The position numbers and the translations under genes were made by a program. Positions 52,214-60,086 of a DNA stretch of 64,000 nucleotides are shown one piece after another (the stretch's first letter is position 1; each line of letters starts with the position of its first letter). The DNA comes from Bacteriovoracaceae bacterium. Its GTDB lineage: Bacteria; Bdellovibrionota; UBA1018. The stretch covers positions 20,301-84,300 of the forward strand of contig CANFJX010000009.1 in NCBI GenBank assembly GCA_947447665.1. The letters run 5' to 3'. The notes below the pieces were generated by a model. That model saw nothing but the letters and a program-made list of their open reading frames with translations, had not been told where the DNA came from and made no database searches.

Positions 52214-53236
52214 ATGTTGCATGCAGCCCAGCCTAGCACGTTTCGATTTTTGATCACTTTGCCATCCCATCTTGTGCTTTCGGGCACGGATGGGACGGCA
52301 GTTCAAGTCGATCGAGAAACCTTTTATCAATGGATTTGGCAGCAATTCGGTGATCGTGGTCTCTTGGGTGTGCATGAGGGCACCCTTCTTTCTGAGGAGG
52401 CTGCCGAGCAGGGACTAGAGACCGAGTCTTGGACAGTAGATGCAGGAGAGGCCCCTCGAGAGAGAGACTGGGTTGGAAGGCAAAGGGAAGTCAGTACAGA
52501 ACTCTACTTTTCAAGTAGCGAGTTTGCTTTAGAGGCGATTTCGATTTTTAAAGAAATCCCTGAACTTAAGATTGGCCCTGTCGAAGAGCAAAAACCTCGC
52601 GATTGGGACGCAGAGTGGAAAGCGTCCTTTCTCAATGCCGGAGCTGGCGTAGAAATCCCCCCTTTTTGGAGAGTCGTTCCCCCTTGGGTGGATTCTAAGC
52701 CTGGCTTCATCAAAATCAATCCAGGCGCTGGTTTTGGGACTGGTACTCATGAGGCAACTCAGCTTTGCCTCCAGGCGATCGGTGAAGTGGCTTTGCGTCT
52801 AGGGGGTGATGTCCACGGCGGTGCGCTCCAAGGTATCGATGCTCTTGATTTTGGAAGTGGCTCAGGAATCTTGGCGATTGGGTTGGCTAAGATGGGTGCC
52901 AAGGTCAATGCAGTAGAAATTGACTTGTTGGCAATTGATAATGCCGTTGAGAATGCGCAGATTAACCAGGTCCAGGATCAGATTCGGTTCTATCGGGAAA
53001 TCCCGCCTGCTCCGGCGCAGTATGGCATCGTCGTTGCAAATATACTTCGCCCGGTGCTGATCGAGTGCGCAGATTTGCTTGTCGATAGATTGGCTCCAGG
53101 AGGGGTGCTCATTCTCTCGGGTTTGATTGATACGGATGTAGAACCGATCCGAGCTAAGTATTCATCCCTCCTGGATGGTGCTACTCCCCAAATTACCGAG
53201 CGCGGTGAGTGGCGGGCTGTGATTTTCACTCGCTAG
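52214..53236 (+). CDS. prmA: Ribosomal protein L11 methyltransferase
   Basis: Motifs INPGAGFGTGTHEATQLCL and ALDFGSGSGILAI. ATG at 52214 with a GAGGAG RBS. Confidence 0.8.
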   Translation: MLHAAQPSTFRFLITLPSHLVLSGTDGTAVQVDRETFYQWIWQQFGDRGLLGVHEGTLLSEEAAEQGLETESWTVDAGEAPRERDWVGRQREVSTELYFSSSEFALEAISIFKEIPELKIGPVEEQKPRDWDAEWKASFLNAGAGVEIPPFWRVVPPWVDSKPGFIKINPGAGFGTGTHEATQLCLQAIGEVALRLGGDVHGGALQGIDALDFGSGSGILAIGLAKMGAKVNAVEIDLLAIDNAVENAQINQVQDQIRFYREIPPAPAQYGIVVANILRPVLIECADLLVDRLAPGGVLILSGLIDTDVEPIRAKYSSLLDGATPQITERGEWRAVIFTR

Positions 53237-53459
53237 ACGATTCGGCTCTATTCTAAATGGATTTACCAATGTTCTAGTTTCCCGGGGAGAATCGATTTGG
53301 AGCTCGCACCCTAAAACATTTTCTGGGACACTAGAGTCAGGATAGGAAGGCATGTAATGACTCTCCGATCTCTATGGGAGATCGGTTCGCCAGCAGTAGC
53401 AACTCAAACGATTTTAGAAGAAATGGCGTCGGTACTTTCATCAGAAATACGAGGTTTTT

Positions 53460-54110
53460 ATGGAAAAAAAGGCATTTAAATCTAATTTGACCTTGGATGT
53501 TCTCGATCGACTCAATGCCGTTATTTTAGATCAGCACATTGTCTATACGTCGGGGCGACACGGGACTTCATATATTAATAAGGATGCGATTTATCCCCGC
53601 ACCGAACTCACCTCGGATCTTTGTCGACAAATGGCAGAATATTTTTTGGCTGCGAAAGTCGATTGTGTCATCGCCCCTGCTCTCGGGGGAGTGATTCTCT
53701 CTCAGTGGACGGCCTACCACCTGACGCAGCTCTCCGGTAAACCCGTCCTCGGACTTTATGCAGAAAAGGCCGATGACGGCCGGTCTTTTGTCATTAAGCG
53801 TGGCTACGATGCTTTGGCTCGATCGAATCGAGTCTTAGTGGTAGAGGACGTTCTGACGACTGGAGGATCAGTTCGCAAAGTGGTTGAGGCGCTGAGACAA
53901 CTCCCAGCCGATGTGGTTGGAGTCGGCGCTCTCTGTAATCGCGGTCAGCTTACCTCCCAGAGTCTCGGCGGCGTCCCAGAGCTTCTGAGTCTCATAGATC
54001 TGAATTTAGAAAGCTGGGAAGCCTCGGACTGTCCCCTCTGCAAACAAGGGGTGCCAATCAATCCAAACGTAGGAAAAGGGCGAGAATTTCTTCTCGCTCA
54101 AACCGCCTAG
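53460..54110 (+). CDS. Orotate phosphoribosyltransferase-like type I PRTase
   Basis: PRPP-binding motif RVLVVEDVLTTGGSVRK and a C-terminal CPLC. Whether this is the true PyrE ortholog is unverified. Confidence 0.6.
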   Translation: MEKKAFKSNLTLDVLDRLNAVILDQHIVYTSGRHGTSYINKDAIYPRTELTSDLCRQMAEYFLAAKVDCVIAPALGGVILSQWTAYHLTQLSGKPVLGLYAEKADDGRSFVIKRGYDALARSNRVLVVEDVLTTGGSVRKVVEALRQLPADVVGVGALCNRGQLTSQSLGGVPELLSLIDLNLESWEASDCPLCKQGVPINPNVGKGREFLLAQTA

Positions 54111-54181
54111 CTCTCGCTGAAAGTACCTTTTGGCTTCTGATAGCGGTATCGAGTTGCAAGCCCTATAGAGTTGCGTGTCGA

Positions 54182-54658
54182 GTGATTTTCGTCTACGTTG
54201 TGCGTCCAATGAGTTCAGATCAATCCATGGTGCGCCGGCTCAAAGTTCAAGTTTGGTTGTACTGGGTTCCTCAATCGATGTTTCTGCTCCTTAAGACTCA
54301 ACCCGAGAGGGGAGGCTTTTGGCAGCCCGTCACGGGCGGGGTGGATGCGGGCGAAGGTCTTGAGGAAGCTGCGCTACGAGAAGTTCAAGAGGAAACAGGC
54401 CTGAGTCCTTTAAGTGGGGCGGGGTCACTCTTTCGAATCGGGGAACCCTTTGAGTTTGAAAGCCAGTGGGGGCCGGCTACCGAAACCCCCTTTGCTCTCG
54501 AGGTGACTCAGCCTCTCGATCGCCCACCTGTGGTGCGACTCGATGCTCGGGAGCATGATCAGTTTGCCTGGGTTTCTGCGCAGGAGGCGCTCAGCAGGGT
54601 TAAATTCGCCTCGAATTCAAAGGTTTTGAGGGCTCTCTTGGATAAGTTGGGGAGTTGA
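54182..54658 (+). CDS. NUDIX hydrolase (NudB / dihydroneopterin-triphosphate pyrophosphatase-like)
   Basis: Nudix box GGVDAGEGLEEAALREVQEETGL. FWQPVTGG resembles NudB FWQSVTGS. The start is uncertain: GTG 54182, ATG 54210 or ATG 54228. Confidence 0.65.
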   Translation: MIFVYVVRPMSSDQSMVRRLKVQVWLYWVPQSMFLLLKTQPERGGFWQPVTGGVDAGEGLEEAALREVQEETGLSPLSGAGSLFRIGEPFEFESQWGPATETPFALEVTQPLDRPPVVRLDAREHDQFAWVSAQEALSRVKFASNSKVLRALLDKLGS

Positions 54659-54709
54659 GGTTAGCACCGAAGGCTTGAGGACTGGACAAAAATCAAAAGG
54701 AGAATGAAT

Positions 54710-55261
54710 ATGACGCAAGTAGTTACAGAGAGTTTGGGTTTAGGCAAAGGCTTGTATGCTATTTTTGAGACCTCTCTCGGAGAGATGACGGTTCAGCTGG
54801 AGGAAGAGAAAGCTCCTGAGACCGTGAAAAACTTTGTGGGTCTGGCCACGGGCGAAAAAGAATATACGGATCCTAAGACGGGAGAGAAATCACACGCTCC
54901 CTTTTTTGATGGGACTGTATTTCATAGAATTATTAAAAATTTCATGATCCAAGGTGGGGACCGGCTGGGCCAAGGCACGGGCGGCCCAGGGTATCGATTT
55001 AAAGATGAGTTTCATCTATCGTTAAAGCATCTGGGTGCAGGGATTTTATCGATGGCCAATTCGGGACCAAACACCAATGGAAGCCAATTTTTTATTACGC
55101 TCGTTCCGACGCCTTGGTTGGATGGCAAGCATGCGGTTTTTGGAAAACTGGTTCGTGGTGAAGATGTACTAAAGACACTAGGTGGCGTTCCAACTGGCTC
55201 AATGGACCGCCCCCGCGACGAAGTAAAACTCGTTCGGGTAAAAATTGTTCGCGAGATTTAA
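54710..55261 (+). CDS. ppiB: Peptidyl-prolyl cis-trans isomerase, cyclophilin type
   Basis: Motifs FHRIIKNFMIQGGD, MANSGPNTNGSQFFIT and LDGKHAVFG. I preferred the ATG at 54710, 7 nt after an AAGGAG RBS. Confidence 0.85.
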   Translation: MTQVVTESLGLGKGLYAIFETSLGEMTVQLEEEKAPETVKNFVGLATGEKEYTDPKTGEKSHAPFFDGTVFHRIIKNFMIQGGDRLGQGTGGPGYRFKDEFHLSLKHLGAGILSMANSGPNTNGSQFFITLVPTPWLDGKHAVFGKLVRGEDVLKTLGGVPTGSMDRPRDEVKLVRVKIVREI

Positions 55262-55280
55262 TCTTTTTTTAAAAGGGCCG

Positions 55281-55309
55281 TTGACAGTGACTCTAGTTTT
55301 GGACATCAT
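55281..55309 (+). promoter_or_regulatory. Candidate sigma70 promoter (TTGACA-N17-CATCAT) for the HU gene
   Basis: Hexamers read directly. It would give a leader of about 115 nt in which TTAGCTT pairs with AAGCTAA. Confidence 0.3.
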
Positions 55310-55429
55310 CTCAGCCATGTCAGTTTTAGCTTGTCGTGAGGGAGCCCTCTAGGAAAGTCAAGGGGGGGAAGTCCAAATCTGGGTAAGCTAAAGTTATTAT
55401 TAATCTGTTTTTTAAGGAGATAGACTCAA

Positions 55430-55702
55430 ATGAATAAAGCTCAATTAATCGAGGCAGTTGTTAAGACCACTAAGCTTACAAAAGTGGACGCCGAAAATGT
55501 TCTCAACAGTGCTTTAGATGCGATTAAAAAGAGTGTAAAAAAAGGCGAAGACGTGACCCTGATTGGTTTCGGTACATTCACCAAGACCAAGCGTAAGGCA
55601 CGCATCGGAAGAAATCCTCAGACCGGCAAGGAAATCAAGATTCCTGCTATGACCGTCCCAAAGTTTCGCCCAGGACGTGAGTTCAAGGACACCGTAAAGT
55701 AA
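55430..55702 (+). CDS. hup: DNA-binding protein HU
   Basis: MNKAQLIEAV...GFGTF...RNPQTGKEIKIPA...KFRPG is the canonical HU/IHF fold. 90 aa. AAGGAG RBS. Confidence 0.95.
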   Translation: MNKAQLIEAVVKTTKLTKVDAENVLNSALDAIKKSVKKGEDVTLIGFGTFTKTKRKARIGRNPQTGKEIKIPAMTVPKFRPGREFKDTVK

Positions 55703-55736
55703 GTTTTCTTTCTTAAATCGATTACGATTTGTGGAG

Positions 55737-55771
55737 GCCTACAATCAAGGAAGATTGTGGGCTTTTTTTTT
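55737..55771 (+). terminator. Rho-independent terminator of the HU gene
   Basis: A 10-bp stem pairs GCCTACAATC (55737-55746) with GATTGTGGGC (55753-55762). It has one G-U pair and the loop AAGGAA. T9 follows at 55763-55771. Confidence 0.85.
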
Positions 55772-56053
55772 ACTTTTTTATGAATAAAATTGTCAAAATG
55801 TTAGTCAATTGCCTTCTTTTTAGTTATCTCGCAGGGTTTTGTCCTAGGTTTGTAGTGGCTACTTGAATAGCTAAATCTAATTATTATCACTACTTAGCTA
55901 GTTGTAATGAGTCTCTTTTTCCCTTTGATCTTTGGTATCGCGATTGCATTACGTCTGTCTAGACAAGGTGTGTCATTGCGGACTGAGTGCCGTACTGAAG
56001 TTGATGTGGACGTTGTTGATGTTGATGATGATGATGATGAGGAAGAAATAGTT

Positions 56054-56281
56054 ATGAAGAATGTATTTTTAGTTGTTGTAGCTCTGTTGTCGGTTTCACG
56101 CGGGGTAGTGGCGGATGACTTTTCTCTTTCAGCTACGGGTCAAAAAGACCCGTGGAAGAACGGAGTTATTCCTGGTTCCGCTTTAGATTGTGAAAGGGTA
56201 GGGATTAAGAAATTGCCAAACGAGCAGAACTCGGGCCCGAGTGCTCCGAAATCCTCCTCAAGAAGTGCGAGCGCAATTTAA
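56054..56281 (+). CDS. Small secreted hypothetical protein (75 aa)
   Basis: ATG at 56054 with an AGGAAG RBS. Signal peptide MKNVFLVVVALLSVSRGVVA. The longer in-frame ORF from 55907 would add a poly-Asp/Val segment encoded by the GAT/GTTGAT repeat. Confidence 0.45.
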   Translation: MKNVFLVVVALLSVSRGVVADDFSLSATGQKDPWKNGVIPGSALDCERVGIKKLPNEQNSGPSAPKSSSRSASAI

Positions 56282-56607
56282 TCGGTTGTGTCTGACGAGC
56301 TGAGTTCTCGAATGAGGGTGCGCAGCTTTTGACGTTCCGATCTGGGGACTTCTTGCTCCATGGGGGTTGACGTCATTTGGGAAGAAGACGAGCTCAGCTT
56401 GTTCTGGAGGCCTTGTTTGGCGTCTCGAGTAAGGCCTTCACCCCATTTTTGAGCGGTCTCCAAGAGGTGCTTGTTTTCAAAAGGTGCCATGGTGGTCTTC
56501 ACGATTTCGGATAGCGTGCGCCCATTCCAGTGCACCCAGTTCCCTAGAGTCAAAATAAGAAGGCTGAGGACCGCCCATTTTATGGTGAACTTTAAGAGAC
56601 TAAGCAT
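56278..56607 (-). CDS. Small membrane-anchored hypothetical protein
   Basis: 109 aa with an N-terminal TM segment WAVLSLLILTLGNWV. Its start overlaps the stop of the cheX-like gene by 8 nt, so it is the last gene of the operon. Confidence 0.5.
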   Translation of the reverse strand: MLSLLKFTIKWAVLSLLILTLGNWVHWNGRTLSEIVKTTMAPFENKHLLETAQKWGEGLTRDAKQGLQNKLSSSSSQMTSTPMEQEVPRSERQKLRTLIRELSSSDTTD

Positions 56608-57139
56608 TTCCGGTTGCCTCGTCGGGAGCTAGCACGATGAGCACTTGGAATGGCTGGATACGATCTCCCATGACATGATGGTATTCGCGCAGGAGCTGCG
56701 GGCTATCAATAGCGGTCATTCTTTCGAGCTCTAGTTCATTCAAAACCCGAGGCGGCGTAATCATTCTGACTGGGTTTATCCCGACTGTCGGCTTAGTTTC
56801 TTGTGGCTTCTCTAACGAAAGCGACATTTTTGCTGCAATGATATTCCCCATCTCGGAGTAAAGCGAGAGATCTGAACTCGGGTTGAGAAGGACTGTAATG
56901 AATACTTTCGGATCTCCCTGAAGAGCGTAAAAAATTCCAGATTTTTCTCGGGCCGACTCTCGTTTCGGCAACGCACTCTGGAGTTGGACGGATCCCCAAG
57001 AGTAAAAATCAAAAGACCCGGGAAGGGCTCCTTCTAAGACACTCATGTCCAAGTGGTCTGAGTAAGTTGTGGTAAGTGAGACCAAATTCTCTTGCGCAGG
57101 TAATGGATTGGCTTCAGTCTGAGTCTTATCTTTTTTCAT
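56600..57139 (-). CDS. CheX/CheC-family CheY-P phosphatase-like protein
   Basis: SLYSEMGNIIAAKMSLSLE...ITPPRV matches the CheX active-site region as I recall it from Thermotoga CheX (SAIGELGNMTAGKLAMKLE...ITPPTV; S-x3-E-x2-N...P). There is an ~8-aa insertion before the Pro. It lies directly downstream of cheY. Confidence 0.5.
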   Translation of the reverse strand: MKKDKTQTEANPLPAQENLVSLTTTYSDHLDMSVLEGALPGSFDFYSWGSVQLQSALPKRESAREKSGIFYALQGDPKVFITVLLNPSSDLSLYSEMGNIIAAKMSLSLEKPQETKPTVGINPVRMITPPRVLNELELERMTAIDSPQLLREYHHVMGDRIQPFQVLIVLAPDEATGNA

Positions 57140-57147
57140 CTCAACTC

Positions 57148-57552
57148 CTAGGAGCTCCGAGCTCGAGTATTGCCGGCGACATCTGAAAATAAGGCGCGTT
57201 CTGCAGTTCTTAAAATGTCCTGAGCAGTAAATGGTTTTAGTATGTAGTCTCGGATGCCAGCATTGATTGCCTCCATAACGAGATTTTCTTGAGCCATGGC
57301 CGTAATCATAATGAGTTTTGCATGAGGATCTGTTTTTATGATTTGACGCGCAGCTTCTATTCCGCTCATTTTGGGCATCACCAGGTCTAGTGTCACTAGA
57401 TCGGGCTTGAGTTTGGTAAAGAGTTCAATGGCTTCTTTACCGTCAGCGGCTTGACCGATCACCTCATAGTGACCCTCAGTGAAGATCTCAGTGAGGGTCT
57501 TCCTCACGAAAGCGATGTCGTCTACAACAAGGATTGTCTTGGTCATACTCAT
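57148..57552 (-). CDS. cheY: Single-domain response regulator CheY
   Basis: ILVVDD, phospho-acceptor TLDLVMP, ITAM and ILKPF. It is collinear by eye with Thermotoga/Bacillus CheY. Confidence 0.8.
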   Translation of the reverse strand: MSMTKTILVVDDIAFVRKTLTEIFTEGHYEVIGQAADGKEAIELFTKLKPDLVTLDLVMPKMSGIEAARQIIKTDPHAKLIMITAMAQENLVMEAINAGIRDYILKPFTAQDILRTAERALFSDVAGNTRARSS

Positions 57553-57588
57553 TATTGTACAAATGAATTAACAAAAGACTAATGGAAT

Positions 57589-58851
57589 CTATTTGATTTT
57601 CTCAATCAATACCGATTCTATGTGTCGCTCGGTAGCGCTTTGAATCATAAATTTATAGTATCCAGTGGTGGTATTAAAAAAAAGCTCATCTCTGGGCTCC
57701 GGGATGCGCCCGAATTGTTGAAGTAGAAATCCGCTAAGTGTTTCATAGTCACCCTGGGGAATTTCAATTTTGAGTGTTTCATTAATTTGCTGAATTTCCA
57801 TCTTTGCCTGGACACTCCAGCTCCGATCCGACAGTTCCTTATATGGAAGGGACTCGAAGTCGAACTCATCGCTAATTTCACCGACAATTTCTTCCACGAT
57901 ATCCTCAAAGGTTAAGATACCGACTGCGCCTCCATGTTCGTCGACGACAATGACCATTTCGCTATCCTCAGATCGCATATCATGCATGAGGTCTTCGAGC
58001 GATTGGGTCTCGGCAGCATAGTGGGCTGGAGAAATATAGAGTTGAATTGATTCCTTTGGGTCGTTTGCGCCCAAAAGATCAGAGTTTTCAAGAATACCTA
58101 CAATATTGTCGATTCTTTGCGAGTATACTGGCATGCGCGAGTGTCGATGTTTTAAGAAACTCTCGAGTGCATTTTGGACTGTAGCTTGATTCGAGATTGC
58201 ATCCACCTGAACCAAGGGGAGGAGCGCATTTTTTGCTTCAGTGTCTTTGAAGTCAAAAATTCTCTTAATCATTGTTTTTTCGATCGATTTAATTTCGGTT
58301 TCATTCTGATTATAAGATAAAAGTGCTCTTATATCATCGCGAGTGGTTCTTTGTTTACCTGCAAGAATCTCTTCAAGAGGTCCGATCAGTCGTGAGAGGC
58401 GAGTCGTATAGTAGGCAATCATTCTTGTAACTGGATAGAGGATCCAGTAAGTCCAAAAAATAGGATAGGCTACCCAGGGCGCTAGAAGCTTTGAGTTTCT
58501 TTGATAAATCGTCTTCGGAATCAATTCTCCAAAAAGAACAACCAAAGGCGATGTGAGTAGCACTGCGAAAAGATTTGGATATCTGACTTGTCTTTCTAGG
58601 AAAAAAAGTGAGACGAGAGTCGAAATAGTAATGACGCAAAGACTTGAAATTAAAAGGGTGGTCGCAAAGACTCGCTCTGGATGATTAGCGAGCGCGAGAG
58701 CTAGCTCCGCACCTAAGTCCCCTGATTTGCCTTGTTTTTTGAGGTTGATCCTATCGGCTGCAAGAAGCGCAATTTCAGAGCCAGAAAAAAACCCCTCGAT
58801 GATCAGAATCGGAAGGACTAGCGCAAAAAGTTTCATCAGGGAGAGATTCAT
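57589..58851 (-). CDS. CNNM/CorC-HlyC family transporter (DUF21 plus CBS pair plus CorC_HlyC domain)
   Basis: N-terminal DUF21 FFSGSEIALLAADR, a CBS pair, and a C-terminal transporter-associated domain (..YETLSGFLLQQFGRIPE..). Confidence 0.75.
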   Translation of the reverse strand: MNLSLMKLFALVLPILIIEGFFSGSEIALLAADRINLKKQGKSGDLGAELALALANHPERVFATTLLISSLCVITISTLVSLFFLERQVRYPNLFAVLLTSPLVVLFGELIPKTIYQRNSKLLAPWVAYPIFWTYWILYPVTRMIAYYTTRLSRLIGPLEEILAGKQRTTRDDIRALLSYNQNETEIKSIEKTMIKRIFDFKDTEAKNALLPLVQVDAISNQATVQNALESFLKHRHSRMPVYSQRIDNIVGILENSDLLGANDPKESIQLYISPAHYAAETQSLEDLMHDMRSEDSEMVIVVDEHGGAVGILTFEDIVEEIVGEISDEFDFESLPYKELSDRSWSVQAKMEIQQINETLKIEIPQGDYETLSGFLLQQFGRIPEPRDELFFNTTTGYYKFMIQSATERHIESVLIEKIK

Positions 58852-59966
58852 GATTCGCTCCTGGGGTTTTGCTTTTCCTTCTTCAAGTAGTGGTAGCCGT
58901 AACCTGGGTCCTTCGTTTCTGGCCGAAATATTTCGCCTGCAAAAAGGTCCTCGAAAACTGCATCTAGGAGGTCGCTCATGGTGACTACCCCAATGACTTC
59001 TCCGAGGGCATCTTTGACGACGGCCATATGGATTTTTTGGCGCTTAAATTTCCTGAAAAGTACGTTGAGCCTTAGGTTCGGACGTACAAAGAATGGTCGT
59101 CGCATTAGATCTGCAATTGTTTTGGAGGATAATCCGGGATCGAATTTGGCCCTGAGAAGATCTTTAGAGTAGAGTACGCCTACAATGTCTTTCTTGTTGG
59201 CGCTTAAAATAGGCACTCGTGAATACCTTCGATCTCGAAAGGCTGTCAGCGCGTCTTTGACCGAGGTTTGAAGGGGGAGAGACAGTACTTGTGACAAAGG
59301 AGTGGTTACTTCTGAGACTGGAGTGTCATCGAGTTCAAAAACATTTTTGATCAAATCAAATTCACTTTGCCCGATGGCCCCTTCCTTGTGTCCCTCCTCA
59401 ACCATGAGCAAAAAATCTGATTCTTTTAGGATGAGGGGGTTCTCCTGAGTTCCGTGGCCAGAAGTCGTAGATTTGCCGGGAACAAGTCGCAGCAGGCGCT
59501 GGACGATCCACCGGACGGGTCTAAATGCCACATAAAGAAAGTTCAGTGGCCTCACCGTGAGTACGGCGATGTAGCGATTGAGTCGAGCGGCAATGACTTT
59601 GGGCGTAATTTCGCAGAGGATCAAGACAATGGGTGCTGTAATGAGGATACCCAGGAGCGTATTGGAACCCCATCGGGGAAGATGGAAAAGAAAGAGGCTT
59701 GGAACCGTTTCGGATGTCGAGACAGCCTCAGTGATCAGGGATGTTAAAGTAATGTTGATCATCTCATTCAAGATTAAGATCGTAATGAGTAAGCCGCTCG
59801 GATCGGCTAAAAGCTTTTTGACGGTTTTGTGAGTGGTTCGAAACTCATCCTTGATTGACTTGATCTGAAATCGAGAAAGGCTGAACAGGGCGATTTCGGA
59901 CGCGGATAGGTAGGCAGAGAAAAGCACTAGAAAGAGACAAGCCAGGAGCTCAAACGAGTTCATCAT
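58848..59966 (-). CDS. CNNM-family protein (DUF21 plus CBS pair, no CorC_HlyC domain)
   Basis: DUF21 YLSASEIALFSLSR, and a CBS pair (..RYSRVPIL.., ..IHMAVVKDALGEVIGVVTMSDLL..). 4-nt overlap with the next CNNM gene. Confidence 0.7.
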   Translation of the reverse strand: MMNSFELLACLFLVLFSAYLSASEIALFSLSRFQIKSIKDEFRTTHKTVKKLLADPSGLLITILILNEMINITLTSLITEAVSTSETVPSLFLFHLPRWGSNTLLGILITAPIVLILCEITPKVIAARLNRYIAVLTVRPLNFLYVAFRPVRWIVQRLLRLVPGKSTTSGHGTQENPLILKESDFLLMVEEGHKEGAIGQSEFDLIKNVFELDDTPVSEVTTPLSQVLSLPLQTSVKDALTAFRDRRYSRVPILSANKKDIVGVLYSKDLLRAKFDPGLSSKTIADLMRRPFFVRPNLRLNVLFRKFKRQKIHMAVVKDALGEVIGVVTMSDLLDAVFEDLFAGEIFRPETKDPGYGYHYLKKEKQNPRSES

Positions 59967-60086
59967 AGAGTTTTCGCACGATTGCCCCGCGTCATCAAGC
60001 GAGGAAGGGCAAGAATTGAATTAGAGGCAGGAATCGAAGTTCCTGCCTCTTTCTTCATTGCTCGGACGTACTGGATCGAGTCAGTT

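Noticed and set aside
55335-55375. RNase P-like GGAAAGTC / GGAAGTCC strings in the HU leader
   Set aside because: The region is only about 150 nt and lacks the other universally conserved RNase P RNA blocks. It is most likely just a leader structure.
55780-55866. 28-codon hydrophobic ORF (MNKIVKMLVNCLLFSYLAGFCPRFVVAT) right after the HU terminator
   Set aside because: It has no RBS, because it starts within the terminator T-tract. It cannot be distinguished from chance in AT-rich DNA.
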